Source: Podarcis muralis
Taxonomy: Eukaryota
Direction of reading: 5' to 3'
Assembly (NCBI RefSeq): GCF_964188315.1
Contig: NC_135667.1
Location: 23,622,001 to 23,686,000, forward strand
DNA: 64,000 bases
Part shown: piece by piece, positions 1 to 12,560 of the stretch
How the letters are laid out: each line of letters starts with the position of its first letter
Position numbering within the stretch: position 1 is the first letter of the stretch
The notes under the pieces: model-generated
Database searches by the model: none
What the model was told of the DNA's origin: nothing
Seen by the model: only the letters and a program-made list of their open reading frames with translations
Translations under genes and position numbers: made by a program

Positions 1-812
1 AGGCACACAGGAACTACACATAAAAACTATTCAGTGATGCATTCTATCTTTCTAAACATTAGATGTTATTAATATCTGAAACATAATTAAATCAAAATGT
101 ACACCCTGGGTCTCTGATTCTTATATCAATGTCAAGGAACTTGTACATAAAAAGTGAAAAAGCAAACAGTAAGTAAAAGATCAAACTTGTTCATGTTAAT
201 AGTTACATTAAATCCTGACACTAAAACGCCTGTGAAGTCTCTCTTTCCATATTCTCCTGTTTTGTTTCATGGACTACACTTGTCTACTCAGAATTAAGCC
301 CTATGGATGGGCAAGAGTTTATTGGATTGCAGCTTTCTCCTAACCAATTCTAACTGCTTTGGAATGCTCTTGTCCATCACATTATACAGTTCCTTACCAA
401 CCTTCTAAGAGGGTCAACTCTTTTCAGTGTTGGAATGATAAATGCTCCCACTCTATAATAATAACAACACAACCAATGACATAATTATAACAAAAATTAA
501 AATAGCAAACCAATAAAAATATATTTCATATTTAAACAGATGACCATATTGGATTGCTGAACAGTATTTTTGGTTTTCCTTTAAATTTCATTTTTAGCTT
601 CAACAAAAAATCTGTTATCCAAAAAAGTGGGATATAAATGTAATAACAGTAATTAAAGCTTCTTTGCTTCTGAGAGAGAAACATGTGGTAGAATTGAAAA
701 GCGCTGCTTGGAAGTATAAAATTGTTTTACATTAACACTGTTCCTAATTTGTACTTCTTCACGTGTATTTATCTAATATCATTAAATGCATTCTAAATAT
801 TTTGAGAAAATA

Positions 813-1395
813 CAGTGGTGCCTTGGTTCTTAAATGCCGAAAACCCGGCTGTCAGCTATTGTTTCCAGGGCACCTGCACCAATCAGAAGCTGTGCCTTAG
901 TTTTCGAACATTTCAGAAATCAAACGGACTTCCGGAATAGATTAAGTTCAGCGCTTTTGTTTTTGCTATTTATTTTGCATTTTTGTTTTTGAGGCTTTTT
1001 CAGTTCACTTGTTTTTGTGACTGTGTGGAACCCAGTTCAGCTACTGATGGATTGTGTGACTGCGGAAATGGATAAAAGCCCCCCATTCAAACAATGACTA
1101 TCATCAGTGCAGGTAAGAAAAAAAATAATTTTTATTTTTATCATCTACAATACTGTCTTATTTATTTTATAGTACAGTATATTGATTATTGCTTTCATTT
1201 TATGGATCAATGGTCTCGTTAAGATAGTAAAATTCATGTTAAAATTGCTGTTTTAGAGGTTGTTTTTAAAAGTCTGGAACGGATTGATCTGTTTTGTATT
1301 ACTTTCTATGGGAAAGCACACCTTGGTTTTGGAATGCTTTGGTTTTGGAACAGACTTCTGGAATGGATTAAGTTTGAGAACCAAAGTACCACTGC
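813..1395. mobile_element. Tc1/mariner-superfamily (pogo/Tigger-like) non-autonomous element
   Basis: ta|CAGTGGTGCCTTGGTTCT ... AGAACCAAAGTACCACTG terminal inverted repeats. Confidence 0.75.
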
Positions 1396-1579
1396 ATTGT
1401 AAGAGTAAAACCAAAAGGCTCTTACTTAAAAGCACTGGTCTTCAGCAGATTTTATTGTGCATGTGTGGAATCTGGTATTCTGTGAAAATTTTGCATCCTG
1501 AGAGTTTCAAACTGCATTAAAAAGGGGGAGTAGTGTACAGTTTTGTCCATATACCAGTGCATACCCCAATGTGACTTAC

Positions 1580-2376
1580 CTTTTGGGGGCAGGCTCCTCT
1601 TCCAGGTGATTCTTCTCTGCTGCTTCTTTTCCAGGCTTTGTTTGTGCCAGGGGCTGGAAGAATGATCTGCCCAGATACAAATAAATATGGTTATGTCTGT
1701 TATCTTCCTCTACTCCTGGCAGCAGAGTTCACCTACTTCTTTCAACAACAGGACTGAAGTTATCAGTACTTCTGGCTGTTCGAAAAGCCAATAGCTCCCC
1801 CCCCCCCCCAATACCCAAGAGAGTTACACGGGTATCTTAGGCAGAAATAGTACACATGATGATACATGGCAAGTCAGTGGTGGTGGAGTGGTTAGAGTGG
1901 CAGACTAGGAACTAGGAGAGCAGGGTTCAAGTCCTCCCATGCAGTCATGAAGCTTGCTAAGTGACCTTGGGCCAACTAGTCCTTCTCAGCCTGACCTACC
2001 GCACAGGGTTGTTGTGAGGATAAAAATAGGGAGAATGAGAACCATGCACACAGTACTGGTGGGTTGGAACCCACTAGTGGGTTGTGGCCTGATCCAAGGT
2101 GGGTTGCTACAGGAAAACTACCACCGTGCAAATGTATGGTGAAAGATTAAGAAATGGGTCCCCAAATGCATGTTTGGGTTAAAAGCGGGTACTGGGTCTG
2201 AAAAGGCTGACAATACCTGCTCTCAAGAACGATCACACTGTTCAGCCCGGCAAAAAATATTTGATAAGGAAACATTTCCCCAAGTTGCCAATTTCTATGT
2301 TTGAACATTTGGGGGGGGGGGTAGTTCTCCTCATTCCCACATTCCAAGGTGATGCTTACCTTATAGTGCTTTGCAT
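1580..2376 (-). CDS. LIG1: DNA ligase 1, first two coding exons (2360-2376 and 1580-1666); the gene continues beyond the left edge
   Basis: ATGCAAAGCACTATAAG|gtaag (phase 2) spliced to cag|ATCATTCTTC...CCCAAAAG|gtaag (87 nt) gives MQSTIRSFFQPLAQTKPGKEAAEKNHLEEEPAPK. This matches the LIG1 N-terminal PIP box (human MQRSIMSFFHPK) and its phase-2 split; a ZSWIM9-like gene lies next door, as in mammals. Confidence 0.88.
1875..2050 (+). mobile_element. Old tRNA-derived (MIR/core-like) SINE
   Basis: GAGTGGTTAGAGTG A box, GGGTTCAAGTCC B box, GTGACCTTGGGC core, GGGTTGTTGTGAGGATAAAA tail. Confidence 0.6.
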
Positions 2377-3949
2377 TGTGCAGCTTTGCATAAGGGTAGT
2401 ACTGAACCTGCTGTCAGAATAACAACTCGACTGGCCACTTCCGCAAGGCAAAGAGAGCACAAATGGGGTTCATGGAACAGGTTGTTAGATTCTATCCTCT
2501 CATGGGCTATAGCTGATAAAAATGAAAAGAGGAAGCAGATGAACAAACAAGTGATGCATTAGTTCGAGCCTGAACTACTCCCAGAAGTACGGCAAGACCT
2601 CATCTGGGTTGATTTTAAAGCTCATGCAAATAAAGTATAAATATTAATCCATCTCATGATGCAGTACTTTATATTTTTCATGATCTTGCTTTAAGTGTTG
2701 ATATCCATTCCAAGTCATTGTGATATGACAATTAGAAATGAATATATATATATACAGTATATATATATTTAAAGGCACGACAGTGGGAGCATGCTACGGA
2801 GTATACACGACACCTCAAACATTCACACATACATACTTGTACTGTGGAGGAAACCCAAAAGCGTAGTATGAATAGCTAGTCTTATGAGACACAGCTGTCT
2901 GGTTCACAATACAGTGTCTCCACAGTTACAGTTCCCTCCTAGTCAGCTGAGAGACAGTGCTGTGAGCCTCCACAACCCTTTTGCTAGGTACAAAAAAAGA
3001 GGATGGAGTTGGCGAGGGACTGACAGAGGCACCTTAGGAAAAAGGAGAGCACTTCCTGTAGTGTCACTTGGCCCCAGTTGTCCTTGAGACTAAAATGAAT
3101 TTAAATAGGAAAGGGTGGTGGGGGGAAAATGCAGCTAACTTGTGCACCCTTCTACACATAATCTTACATGTATATAGTGAACTAATCAAGACTACTGTAC
3201 TAGCTAATGATTTTATATCCCCCGTCACTAACATGGATTAGAACTGTTTTACTCAACTGTGCATAAAACACCTCAACTACAATTTTGTGTGTGTGTGTGT
3301 GTGTGTGCGCGCGCAGTCCCCCTGTAAATCCCTCATAGTACTATGTGCCACAAGACAGCATAGAAGGGGATGGCAGCTACTGAATATATGTGTGTGAAAT
3401 TAAGGCTTTCTTTTTAAAAAAAGAAATTATGCTGAAACGCTTCCTGTGGCACTACACAGCGAAGAGCATGCAACCTAAAAAAAGGAAAGATCTGTGAAGC
3501 AAAAGCGACAGTGGAGAAGCTACATTATCTGGTGCCATGTCTTTTTCAGGGTCCACAGGAACATCCTTGTGCTTCAGCTGCATAGCAGAGAAGTGCTAGA
3601 CCTCTTATGATTAATCGACTTACAAAAAACACAGTAGGCAAAATTCCTTGCAGCTGCTACATATGTTGCCTGATAGAAAGCAGGGACAGGGTCCCTGAGC
3701 CTTTAAAAGTTGTGGAAAAGGAGAAGCTTCAGCAGGAGAGGCTTTCCTCTCCTTCCTAACTTTTGAAAGCGCAGGAACCTCAGCACCCAAACAGGCTCAC
3801 GTGCCCCACAGTTTTATCTAGTTTCTCGTGTCCTGCCACATTTTAAATGACCAAGAAACAGAACTCCGGATGTGGCAGGATTTGTTTCTTTCACCAGGAA
3901 CAGGCTGGTTGGCCCTTGTTGGCACAATAGTATCACTGCCTGCGCCCCT

Positions 3950-4830
3950 TCATTTTGTATGAACAAACGTCGCCACACCTTCTGTTGAAGAAAGGCGTGC
4001 GGGGGGGGGGGGGAGGGGAGAGATAGAAAAACGCCGCCCTCATAACGGCGAATGAGACAAACAACGAACGAATAAACCGATTTTCGTTTAAAGAACCCCA
4101 TCCGCTGAGAGGAGCTGAGGAGGTGAAAGGTAAAGGCCGCCCCCCTCAGCAGCCACCTCCAACGGAGGTGATGGTGGGTGTGATGGGAGCCAAAGAGAAT
4201 AATACCCGACGGCCTCTTGGGTCCCTGGGAAGAAGAGTAAGAAGAAAAAAGGGGGCAGGTGAGGGGGCGCCTCCTTGGAGAACTGGGGTGGGGGGAGGGG
4301 TTGCCACATTCCCGCCATTCCCCCCCCCTCGCGAAAGGGGGCCCCACTCTGCCTCGCGCTGCCCAGTGAATTCCCGCCAAAACTTTACCCCGCCCCTCCC
4401 CCCTCGTTGTGAAGGTTCCTTCAGCGGCCTGCACGCGACAGTTACCTGCACGAGCCTCTGCAACGTCGATATCGCTGTCTCTCTCTCTCTCTCTCTCTGC
4501 CGCTTTGCAAACCTTTCTATTTTTTTTCGCGCGAAAATCCAACTCTGACAGGCGGAGCGACGTCACACACTCGACAACCCTCAGCACGCTGGGAAACGTA
4601 GTTTTCTGGTGGTGGGGAATCACTCTTCCCCCGTTTCCATCCTTCATTCCGTGGGCATGCTGGGAAATGAAGTCCAATCTGAGGCAGCCGAAGCGCTTTG
4701 TACTACTCATAGTCGGGCGGCGGCATCCTAGAAAATGGATTTATTTATTTTTTTAGATCGCATTCCACTTTTTGACGTCCTGCACTCCGAACTGCTTAGC
4801 GAAGTGCGTGCTGGGAAATGTAGTCCATGT
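3950..4830. promoter_or_regulatory. CpG-island promoter of LIG1 with E2F, ZNF143/SBS-type and CRE-like motifs
   Basis: CpG-rich. Palindromic TTTTCGCGCGAAAA at 4524-4537; TTCCCGCCAAAA at 4371-4382; three ACTAC/ACTTC-N-TTTCCCAGC motifs on the minus strand at 4588-4603, 4655-4675 and 4806-4826; GACGTCA near 4559. Confidence 0.75.
4446..4540 (-). other. LIG1: Probable non-coding first exon of LIG1 (5' boundary approximate)
   Basis: Donor gtgcag|gtaact at 4446/4445 inside the CpG island; the first coding exon has an acceptor near 2407-2410. Confidence 0.55.
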
Positions 4831-5999
4831 TTGTGAGTTTGGGCAAGTGCTGCTGCAGTTGGTGAAGGCACCAATAAATGATTTAATTCCAGTTTTCAGT
4901 ACTGTACTCTTTTTATAGGACTGTGGCAGCTGCTCTTATTGGGAGAAAACAGACACTACTGATTTGAAGGTGTGTTAAAACATTCGGTATTAATGTAAAA
5001 TAGTGGCATGTAACCACGTTAACACTTTAGATCCAAACCAAATCCACTGTTTTTCTACTCAATCTTAAAACTGAGAAGGCTTAAGATCTGATCCTGGAAA
5101 CCTTTATTCCCAGTGTATTTTTCTTCAGACGATTTACCAGCAATATGAAAACAGAAATACAAAATGGTTCAAAACTCTAGCCTAGCCACTAATGTGCAAA
5201 TAGTCCTGCCTTGCAAGGTGCCATTTAACTAAGATCAGCCCATCCTTACCTTTTGGGGCCAGGGGGCATCTTTGAAAATCTAAAAAAACTGTTGTGGAAG
5301 CCACAAAATATCCATTCCACTGAAGAATAGTTGATGGTGCTTGGTGTTAACGGAAAAATCCGAGGGCTCCCTTGGACAAAAACAAAGACACCAACCAGGA
5401 TAACTTGGAGCAAAACAGCAGCCTGTAAGCTTGGCCTTTATTGAACTGTTGCAACAGGGTGCTCCCCTCACTTGCAGGAGAGAGGAAGGACACAGAAAAA
5501 ATGCTGTGCAAGGTCTTATAAAGACTTTTGAAATTCCCATCCTGTAGATCAAGACCACCCCCAGAAGCATCATGCATACATCACAGAAAGGAGGGGTTGA
5601 GGGAGTAGTTGTGGTGGTAACCTGAGTGTCCTGTCACCTGGCTGGTTCCCCCTTTCCCCCTCCCCATGAGTACTTTCCAGGTGACAGAGGGGAGTTTGCA
5701 GTTTCCTGCCCCCGGAGGGAAGAGCTGATTATTGTCCTTTGTTCCAGTGCTGAATCCACTCCCATATGCAAGTTCTTTGTGATCTTGATGGTCTTCTGTC
5801 TAGGACCATCAGGGTTGGCATAGCAACTGGGCAGGGCTCCTGTGGATGTGCTGGTGTGCTGAAGGGATTATGGGTGCCCTGTATCAAACCTTCCCCATTT
5901 TGTAGTCCTTCCTTCATGGAGTAAAATAAAAGTGGAACAGTGCAAATCCGATGTATGGTTGATTTTCTATGAATTTATAACAGAAGTGTAGCGTATGTG

Positions 6000-6030
<31 letters not shown>

Positions 6031-6069
6031 AAGTTTGTACAAACTGAATGTTTGGGGGGTGGGTTTCCT

Positions 6070-6240
6070 GCTACATTGGAAACTGCAATTGGTGCAGAAT
6101 GCAGCAGCAAGAATGTGGGAGCTCAGATATATTACACATGTTCTGTACTGGTTACATTGGCTACCTATTTGCTTCCATGTGCAATTCTACTGTATTTGCT
6201 GGCTTTGGCCTTTAAAGTACTAATGGTTTGCAACTGTGTT
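6070..6240 (+). mobile_element. L2 LINE ORF2 fragment
   Basis: WKLQLVQNAAAR...HVLYWLHWLPI is the typical L2 post-RT motif. Confidence 0.75.
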
Positions 6241-7396
6241 ATTGGAAGGATTGCTTGCTCCTGTTATGAGATTGCTTGAGCATTACATGTCTAGTTCCTG
6301 CTCTCTGGACTGCTGGTAGGAGCTTAGATTGCCAGGTATCAGAAACAGGATCTTCTCAGTGTCTGTTGGTTTTTAAGAAGCTTGAAAAAAATTCAGTCCA
6401 TTGTGGGTCTGAAATTTTTTAGTTGTTGCTGCCTATAAGCAAATCAATGCTTCATTTCTAATTGTTATTTTTATTTTTAAAAACTACATACATTTCCTTC
6501 TGAGAACACAACACTATGAAAGGCAAGATATAAATCTCTGAATGAATAAATAAATGAGTGAATTTATTAGATCAGATAGTCAGATAGCATGGTATACATC
6601 CATCCATTTAGATACATTGCTTATTCCTAGAGCTCTGTGCATCTGGCTACTAGGAGAACTAATACAAGGCATAAAATCCAGGTTCTGGAGTCAGTGGACA
6701 TATTCGAGGCGGGGTAATTAAGAAACTTAGGGGAAAGCTGAGCAGGACTGCTGTTGGTTGAAGGATAGCCTTTTGGCGACTTCCACCACTCTCTGCCTCC
6801 TCTTATAACTAACAAAATTAGAATATGCTTAACACCCTATCCTAGGCCGAGCTAGGCACACCTTTAGTCCACTGATTTCAGTAGATGGGTTCACGGAACT
6901 CTGCACAGGATTGTGCTGCAAATTGCATAAAGTAATGTATACAGAATTTAGCTTTCCTCAAAAAAATTGAGCTACCTTGGTGCACAATCTTTACATATTT
7001 TTTAAAGGCAGTGTGTACACAGATCTGCTCACTGAAAATGGTCAGAACTTGGCCTTTTTTAGCTGTGCTTTGACTTGCATAATGAACTAGCATCCTGGGA
7101 ACACTGAAAGCTGCCTTCTACTGAATAAGTCGATCGGTCCATTAGTATTGGTCCTAGAATGTGGCAGTGCTCATGTGATGTTTTGTAGTACCCACCAAAC
7201 CTTGGGCATATGGCTGGGTACTAGACGTCTGTCCAGCAACGGCTGGTCAGTAATTTGTCTAGTGCCCCAGGCTGGATCACTTCCACCCAAAGAGGTGTGG
7301 CAGCCAGCATCTTCCTCGTGCCAGAGTGGCAATTACTGAAGTGGTCACCGGGACTGTGTTCTGCCACTTTAATGGACCGGCACTTGGGCAACATAG

Positions 7397-9814
7397 TTAG
7401 CATTCCTCCTGGCCTGTGCAGTCTTGATGCCTATCTGGTGAGGTGGGAAGCAGGCAGGGGTCAAAGAGCGGCTCTCCGACCCAAAGGCGTGCGGCAAAGA
7501 TGTGCCGGCAGGGCAGCTGGTGAGCCATGTAGATGGAACAGCTGCAAGTGGCCAGGTCCTGGCTCACCAGGAAAGAGCAGGTGCTTCCCTCCAAGAGGTA
7601 GCCCTCAGGCGTGTCCTTGAGCTCATAGTGCGCATGGGGCACCAGGTCCAGTTCCTCGGCCACCAGATCAGCGCTGTCGGGCAGGCAGGCGGTGTGGTAC
7701 AGCTCAGCCACAGGTGCCACGTTGAACGTCGAGGTCTCCACATGCAGGGCTTGGAGATCTATCAGGCCCTGAACGCAGGTGGCCAACACCATAGGAGGGG
7801 TGAGTGCTGTCAGCAGCTTACGGCGGTGAGTGCTAAGGTGGTCGAGGAAGGAGCATTCCCGGTTCTTCTCAAAGGCCCAGCACTCTACCCACATGCCCTT
7901 GTGAGGGTGCCAGTGCTCCAGGAAGTACTGCAAAAAAGAAAGCGGGGCGACATCTTCCAGGTCGCTCAGGTACTGGCTGTAGACCCGCGGCGAGTCAGCA
8001 TTCGCCAGGTTGAGCAACAGGTTGCGGATCTGGTCCTCCTTCGGCACAGCCAGCTCGCAAGCTCTGCGGTAGAGGGCCTCCAAGACCTGCAGGCGGCAGA
8101 TCTGCACCCGGGCACATGGCAGGACCTCCTCCACCGCGTCCAGCCCTGTGACCCCAGCCCCTACTGTGACCACCTTCACCCTCAACTTGATGTCCGGGGC
8201 ACTCTGCACCAGCGAAGCCACAATGAATATAAGGAGGTCGGGCAGCCCCTGGCGTGCCAGGCAGTAGGCCACCTCACGCCCACGGCCATTGGCATCTTGG
8301 CAAAGCACAGTGTAGAGCTCAAAGTCCGCATCAAGGCAGGCAGCGCGTTCCAAGAAGAGGCGAGCCGGGAAATGTTGCACAAGCTTGCGCATGTGTGAGG
8401 TAGCCAGGAAGATGCTGTTGAGGACAGCCACATCCTCCTGGAAGACAAGTTTGACTTTGGCCCCTGGATCTGCCTTGAAGAGAGCGTCCAGAACAGCCAG
8501 GAGGTCGCACATGCCCTTGTCTTTGGCTTTGCTGTAGTCCTCCAGGTTCCAGATAAGGTCAGGTGCCAGAAAGCGCTTGGAGATGCTGTTGGTGATGCGG
8601 ATGGGCAGCCCTAGGCTGGCCCTCAGCTGGTGCCGCTTGAAGTGATGGGCAAACTCCAGCTCCGACAGGCGGTGGTTGTGCTCCAGGTTGGCCTCAATCA
8701 CCACCAAGCGGTCCTTCTTGGGGCCCAGGCGCAGAGTGATGGAGGCTGGGCAGTCAATCTTCTCACTGCTGCAAAGGAGGAGATGGTGGGGGGAAAGGGT
8801 GTTTGTTTAGTAAGAAGCGACAGCACTATTGACACTGGACTCCAATGGATGCTGGTAGGAACTGCTATCACTGCCAATCCCTCCCTGTCAGGGGCCCGTC
8901 CCCGCCCCCCCATGGAGGAAATGTTTCACATGGAGTGGGGGAAAATAAAACTATCTCAAGTATATTGTGGATTTTTCAAAAGAAATCTTCCATGGCTTCA
9001 TTAATTTTTTCCCCCCAATGTATTGTAGTTTAGCCACCCAGAGTGGCTGTGGCAACCCAGCCAGATGGACGGCGTATAAATATTATTATTATTATGACTA
9101 TGACTATTATTAGCAGTGCTTATGTCAAAAAAGGCAAAGTTGGCCAACCAATTCTGTAGGTTTTATTCAGAAAAGCATGCCTTAATTCTGCACTATACAC
9201 TTGGGATTTTGAATTCAGGAGTAATTACAGCACAAGGAATATCTTGTTTGGTGAGGACCTATGAAGAAATCCTAGGGTTTTGCTTTCTATAGAGCAGGGA
9301 TAAGCAGCCTGTGCCCCACCAGAGGTTGCTGGACTACAGCTCCCATCATCTTTGCCCACTGGCCATGCTGATTTGGGCTGGTGAAACCCAAAAACATCTG
9401 GAGGCTAAGCTATAGAGGAACAATCAGTGTCTCTTTGAGGGTCTCAATGATACTGGGGGAATGGGAATCGGAGAGAATTTTAGCTTGTAAACATCTCGGA
9501 GCATGGGGCCTGTGCAGCAACATGCATGCAGAAGGCATTATATAATCAAACACGCGATGGACTTACAGGCGGTTGCGTTGCACCGTGCTCTGCCCCACAT
9601 AAGTCCCGCTGTGCTTGCAGATGAGACGCACAAAACGGAAGCGGAGTGTCTCGGCGAGGCTGGGCTGATAGTGTGGCGGGTTCTGGCGCAGTGAGATCAG
9701 TGGCTTCAGGCTGGCGATGATGAAGAGCACTTTGTGCTTTTCGCACCAGTCGTCAAAGAACGTGCTGAACTGGTGCCAGGTGTGAAACTCCCGGCCCAGG
9801 CCGAGGTCCCCCAT
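7397..9814 (-). CDS. ZSWIM9: ZSWIM9-like protein (FAR1/WRKY-GCM1-type N-terminal domain, MULE transposase-derived core, C-terminal SWIM finger), about 539 aa; CDS join(9567-9814, 7397-8768)
   Basis: Kozak gccATGG just after a strong acceptor (9819). CT|gtaag ... ttgcag|C keeps the frame into the 7397-8707 ORF. Segments resembling mammalian ZSWIM9 as I recall it: EFHTWHQFSTFFDDWC, PIRITNSISKRF, DPGAKVKLVFQED, QSAPDIKLRV, VLPCARVQICR. SWIM motif CSC...LPCRH. Orthologue versus paralogue is not resolved. Confidence 0.85.
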
Positions 9815-10185
9815 GGCATCTGTGAGAAGAGGAGCACAGTCATTCAAATCATAAGAGAAAGCAGAAGGAGGAGGCAGTGAGATTGGCGGTTCCAGTGGTG
9901 GCATTTGTAGCCAGCAATTTCCACCCAAAAAACTTCATATGTCTCTTAAGACACCTTCTGCAATCTAACCTTTCCTACAAGATGCATATCTCCATATTAA
10001 AATGCAGGCTTTTGTATTTTGTTTTAGACACATTATGTAAAACACTATTTAGATGCCACAAATCTGGACACGTGTTCTTGTTAAGTAGTTAAAGTTGTAA
10101 TCCTATGCACACTTCTCTGGGGAATAAGACATATAAGGAACTGGACTGCAAATTTGGTACACAATTAAGGAAGCTAATACAGTAC

Positions 10186-10288
10186 CTGCCAAAGTGAATA
10201 TGCTTAAAGTCTTTTCTTTACAGAGATCCAGTATCCACTGGCAATCATGCCATGAAGACTTGTTGCCACTCTTTGGAGAAAAAGTAAC
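10186..10288 (-). other. Candidate 5' UTR exon of the ZSWIM9-like gene
   Basis: Flanked by tttttcttcag| and ggcag|gtactg; 103 nt; no useful ORF. Confidence 0.5.
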
Positions 10289-10879
10289 CTGAAGAAAAAT
10301 ATATATGAAGATTTATAAAAGTACCAAATATGGGAATATTTTGAACTACTAGTATTTACCATGCCCATGGGAGGTTGTTGGTGTCTCTGAATTAAGACTG
10401 TAAGTAGCAAGAGATGTGATGCAGTTTTGGGGGTGCCCATTGCAAAGCTGAGGCAGGGCAGGGGATGCACTGCAGCTGTCAGATCTAAGTTGTGACAATG
10501 TACTACAAGAAGTATGGCATGTCTGCGTACGCGTGCAAGAATGGAAAAGTTAATGGCACCTGTCACTTGGGCTCACCCAAGTGGACTGCAGTTAGTAGGA
10601 AACTGAAAACAGTTATTCCTGGGCTGGCACATATAAAACATGATGGTTTGCACAAATCTGAGCCCAGCCACCCACCCACTAATACATGCACACTCACTCA
10701 CTCACACTTATTCATGCATGCAGACACAACAAAAACATGCATCATATGCTGCAAGAGACATAAATGTGTGCATTTAATCCATACAGCAGTAAATGCAAAA
10801 ATATATATGCCTGTATGATGAGGAAGGGGAACATGCTTAAATGAAAGTGCACGTATTTATGCATGCATTTTATAAGCTC

Positions 10880-12560
10880 AGCCAATTCGGAGCTGTGCGC
10901 TATGGGGCCCTGACTCCCACCCTTCCAGCTTCAGAGAGCGCCCCCAGCTGTCTCTGGGAGTCCCAATCCGGTGTTACTCTCCGCACGACCCCCGCCCGGC
11001 AAAGGACCCCAAATCGGACCCATACCTGGCCGGCTGTCTCCTTACCCCCTCCAGCCACCTTGGATCTCTGCCTGTCCGGGATGCGGCCAGAGAGCCAGGC
11101 CCGCTCCCAGCGAAACAAACCCGGGCGCTCCGTCTCCCGCTTGCTGATTCCGGCTAGGCGACGGAGGCGAGCCGCGAGCTCCGCCTGCTGGAGCTTCCAG
11201 CAACGCAGCCTGCTCCGTGGACAGCAGCGCGGCGTTGCCAAGAAAGAGCAAAGTCTAGGTGGCTGGAGGAGTAGAAGGGAAAGGATCACGAGGAGGGCTG
11301 ACGAGGCAGGACGGCGCGGGAAGAAGGTGCCTCTGAGCATGTGCAGAGTGCGTTCCCATCGCTTACCTGGCCAACGCCAAGTCGCGCACTCGAGATTAGG
11401 AGCTGAACTTGGCTTGGAGCTGGGAAGGCGCAGTAGCTCGGCAGTCCCGGCGCGCCAGGTGATGACCGGAGGAAGCCGGGTTCAAACCCCGACTTAGCGA
11501 CGGGGGTTCAAGTTAGGCTAGTGACTTTCTCTTTCAGCCTTACAGACCTCAGATAAAGAGGGAAACTGCTGCGCCCCCCTGCGCTCCTCGAAGGAAGAGC
11601 AGGGCCAACATGTCACGATAGTAACACACGGGCTTCTTGCCGGAGGTTATGTAGTTAAATGAAATATTTTTGAAGGGAGGCTGGCTGATGCTCCCTTACT
11701 TTGCACGTGCTCACGAGGCCGTCTTTATTACCGTGGCGCGAAACAAGTTTTGTAGCTGTCGTCTTCTCTACAAACAAACTAGTAGAAAAGCTGCACTTGT
11801 TGAACTTCCGCCTGAGGGTCAGCCGCGAAAAAGCACAAGAGAAAAGATGGCATGGGCGTTTTATTGTGCGGCCCGACTTTACTGAGGGTGGTCCTCTTGT
11901 TTGAAAGGCTCTCTTGCCCTCGCCTAGTTTAAAAATTGCTCATCAGCGCAGGGACAGCCGACTGAGCGGGTACTCAAGCCCCTCCCTTGAGGTGAATTTC
12001 ATTTCGATTATAGAAACTATTTCAAAATGTACGCCAGTATAAATGAGTATATCCAAATCTGTTTCCTTCCTTTCTGAATCGTTAAGTGGCCACCTAGTGC
12101 ATTTAGGAAGTGCCTTCACTTTGCTCCTGGTGCAGAAGCGCTGTCGTCTTGACACGTTGCCGCACGGCACGCAATACAGGTGCAGGGGCGCACCTGACGA
12201 GCCAGGGAGAAGAGTCCGGACTGCAGCCGAAATGAATGGAGCTGGAGCTGCCGATGGAAGAAACAGCGCGCCAGAGCCAGCGAAAGGGAGCGAAGGATGA
12301 GCCTCGCCTCCCTCCCTCCCACCCCAGCGGATTGACAAGCATCTCGACCACTCGCGAGGGCGTATTTGGGAGAAAGATGCGCGATGCTGCTCTGGCCGGG
12401 GCGCAGCTCGCCTTGGCTTCATTACTACGCGAGCAGCTCTGGAAGGTGGGCGCGTGGAGAGATTCCTGAATGGGCTGCCAGGGCTCAATCCGCGCAAGGT
12501 TGGGTTCCTGGGCAGACGGACAAGGTGCCCCCTTTTGTGCCGGAGAAAAGAGAGCTGTGG
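10880..12560. promoter_or_regulatory. CpG island with the ZSWIM9-like promoter and first exon (donor at 11367/11366)
   Basis: High CpG density; donor ccag|gtaagc. E2F sites TTTCGCGCC (11735-11743, minus) and TTTTTCGCGG (11823-11832, minus); E-box CACGTG near 11704; YY1-like AAGATGGC near 11844. Confidence 0.7.

Noticed and set aside
3814-4756. Several overlapping ORFs up to 298 aa
   Set aside because: Stop-poor CpG island containing a (CT)n repeat; low-complexity translations.
5630-5688. 11-bp inverted repeat CTGTCACCTGG/CCAGGTGACAG
   Set aside because: Short and isolated; compatible with chance or an old MITE remnant.
7502-8398. 298-aa plus-strand ORF
   Set aside because: Antisense shadow of the GC-rich ZSWIM9-like exon; no recognisable domain.
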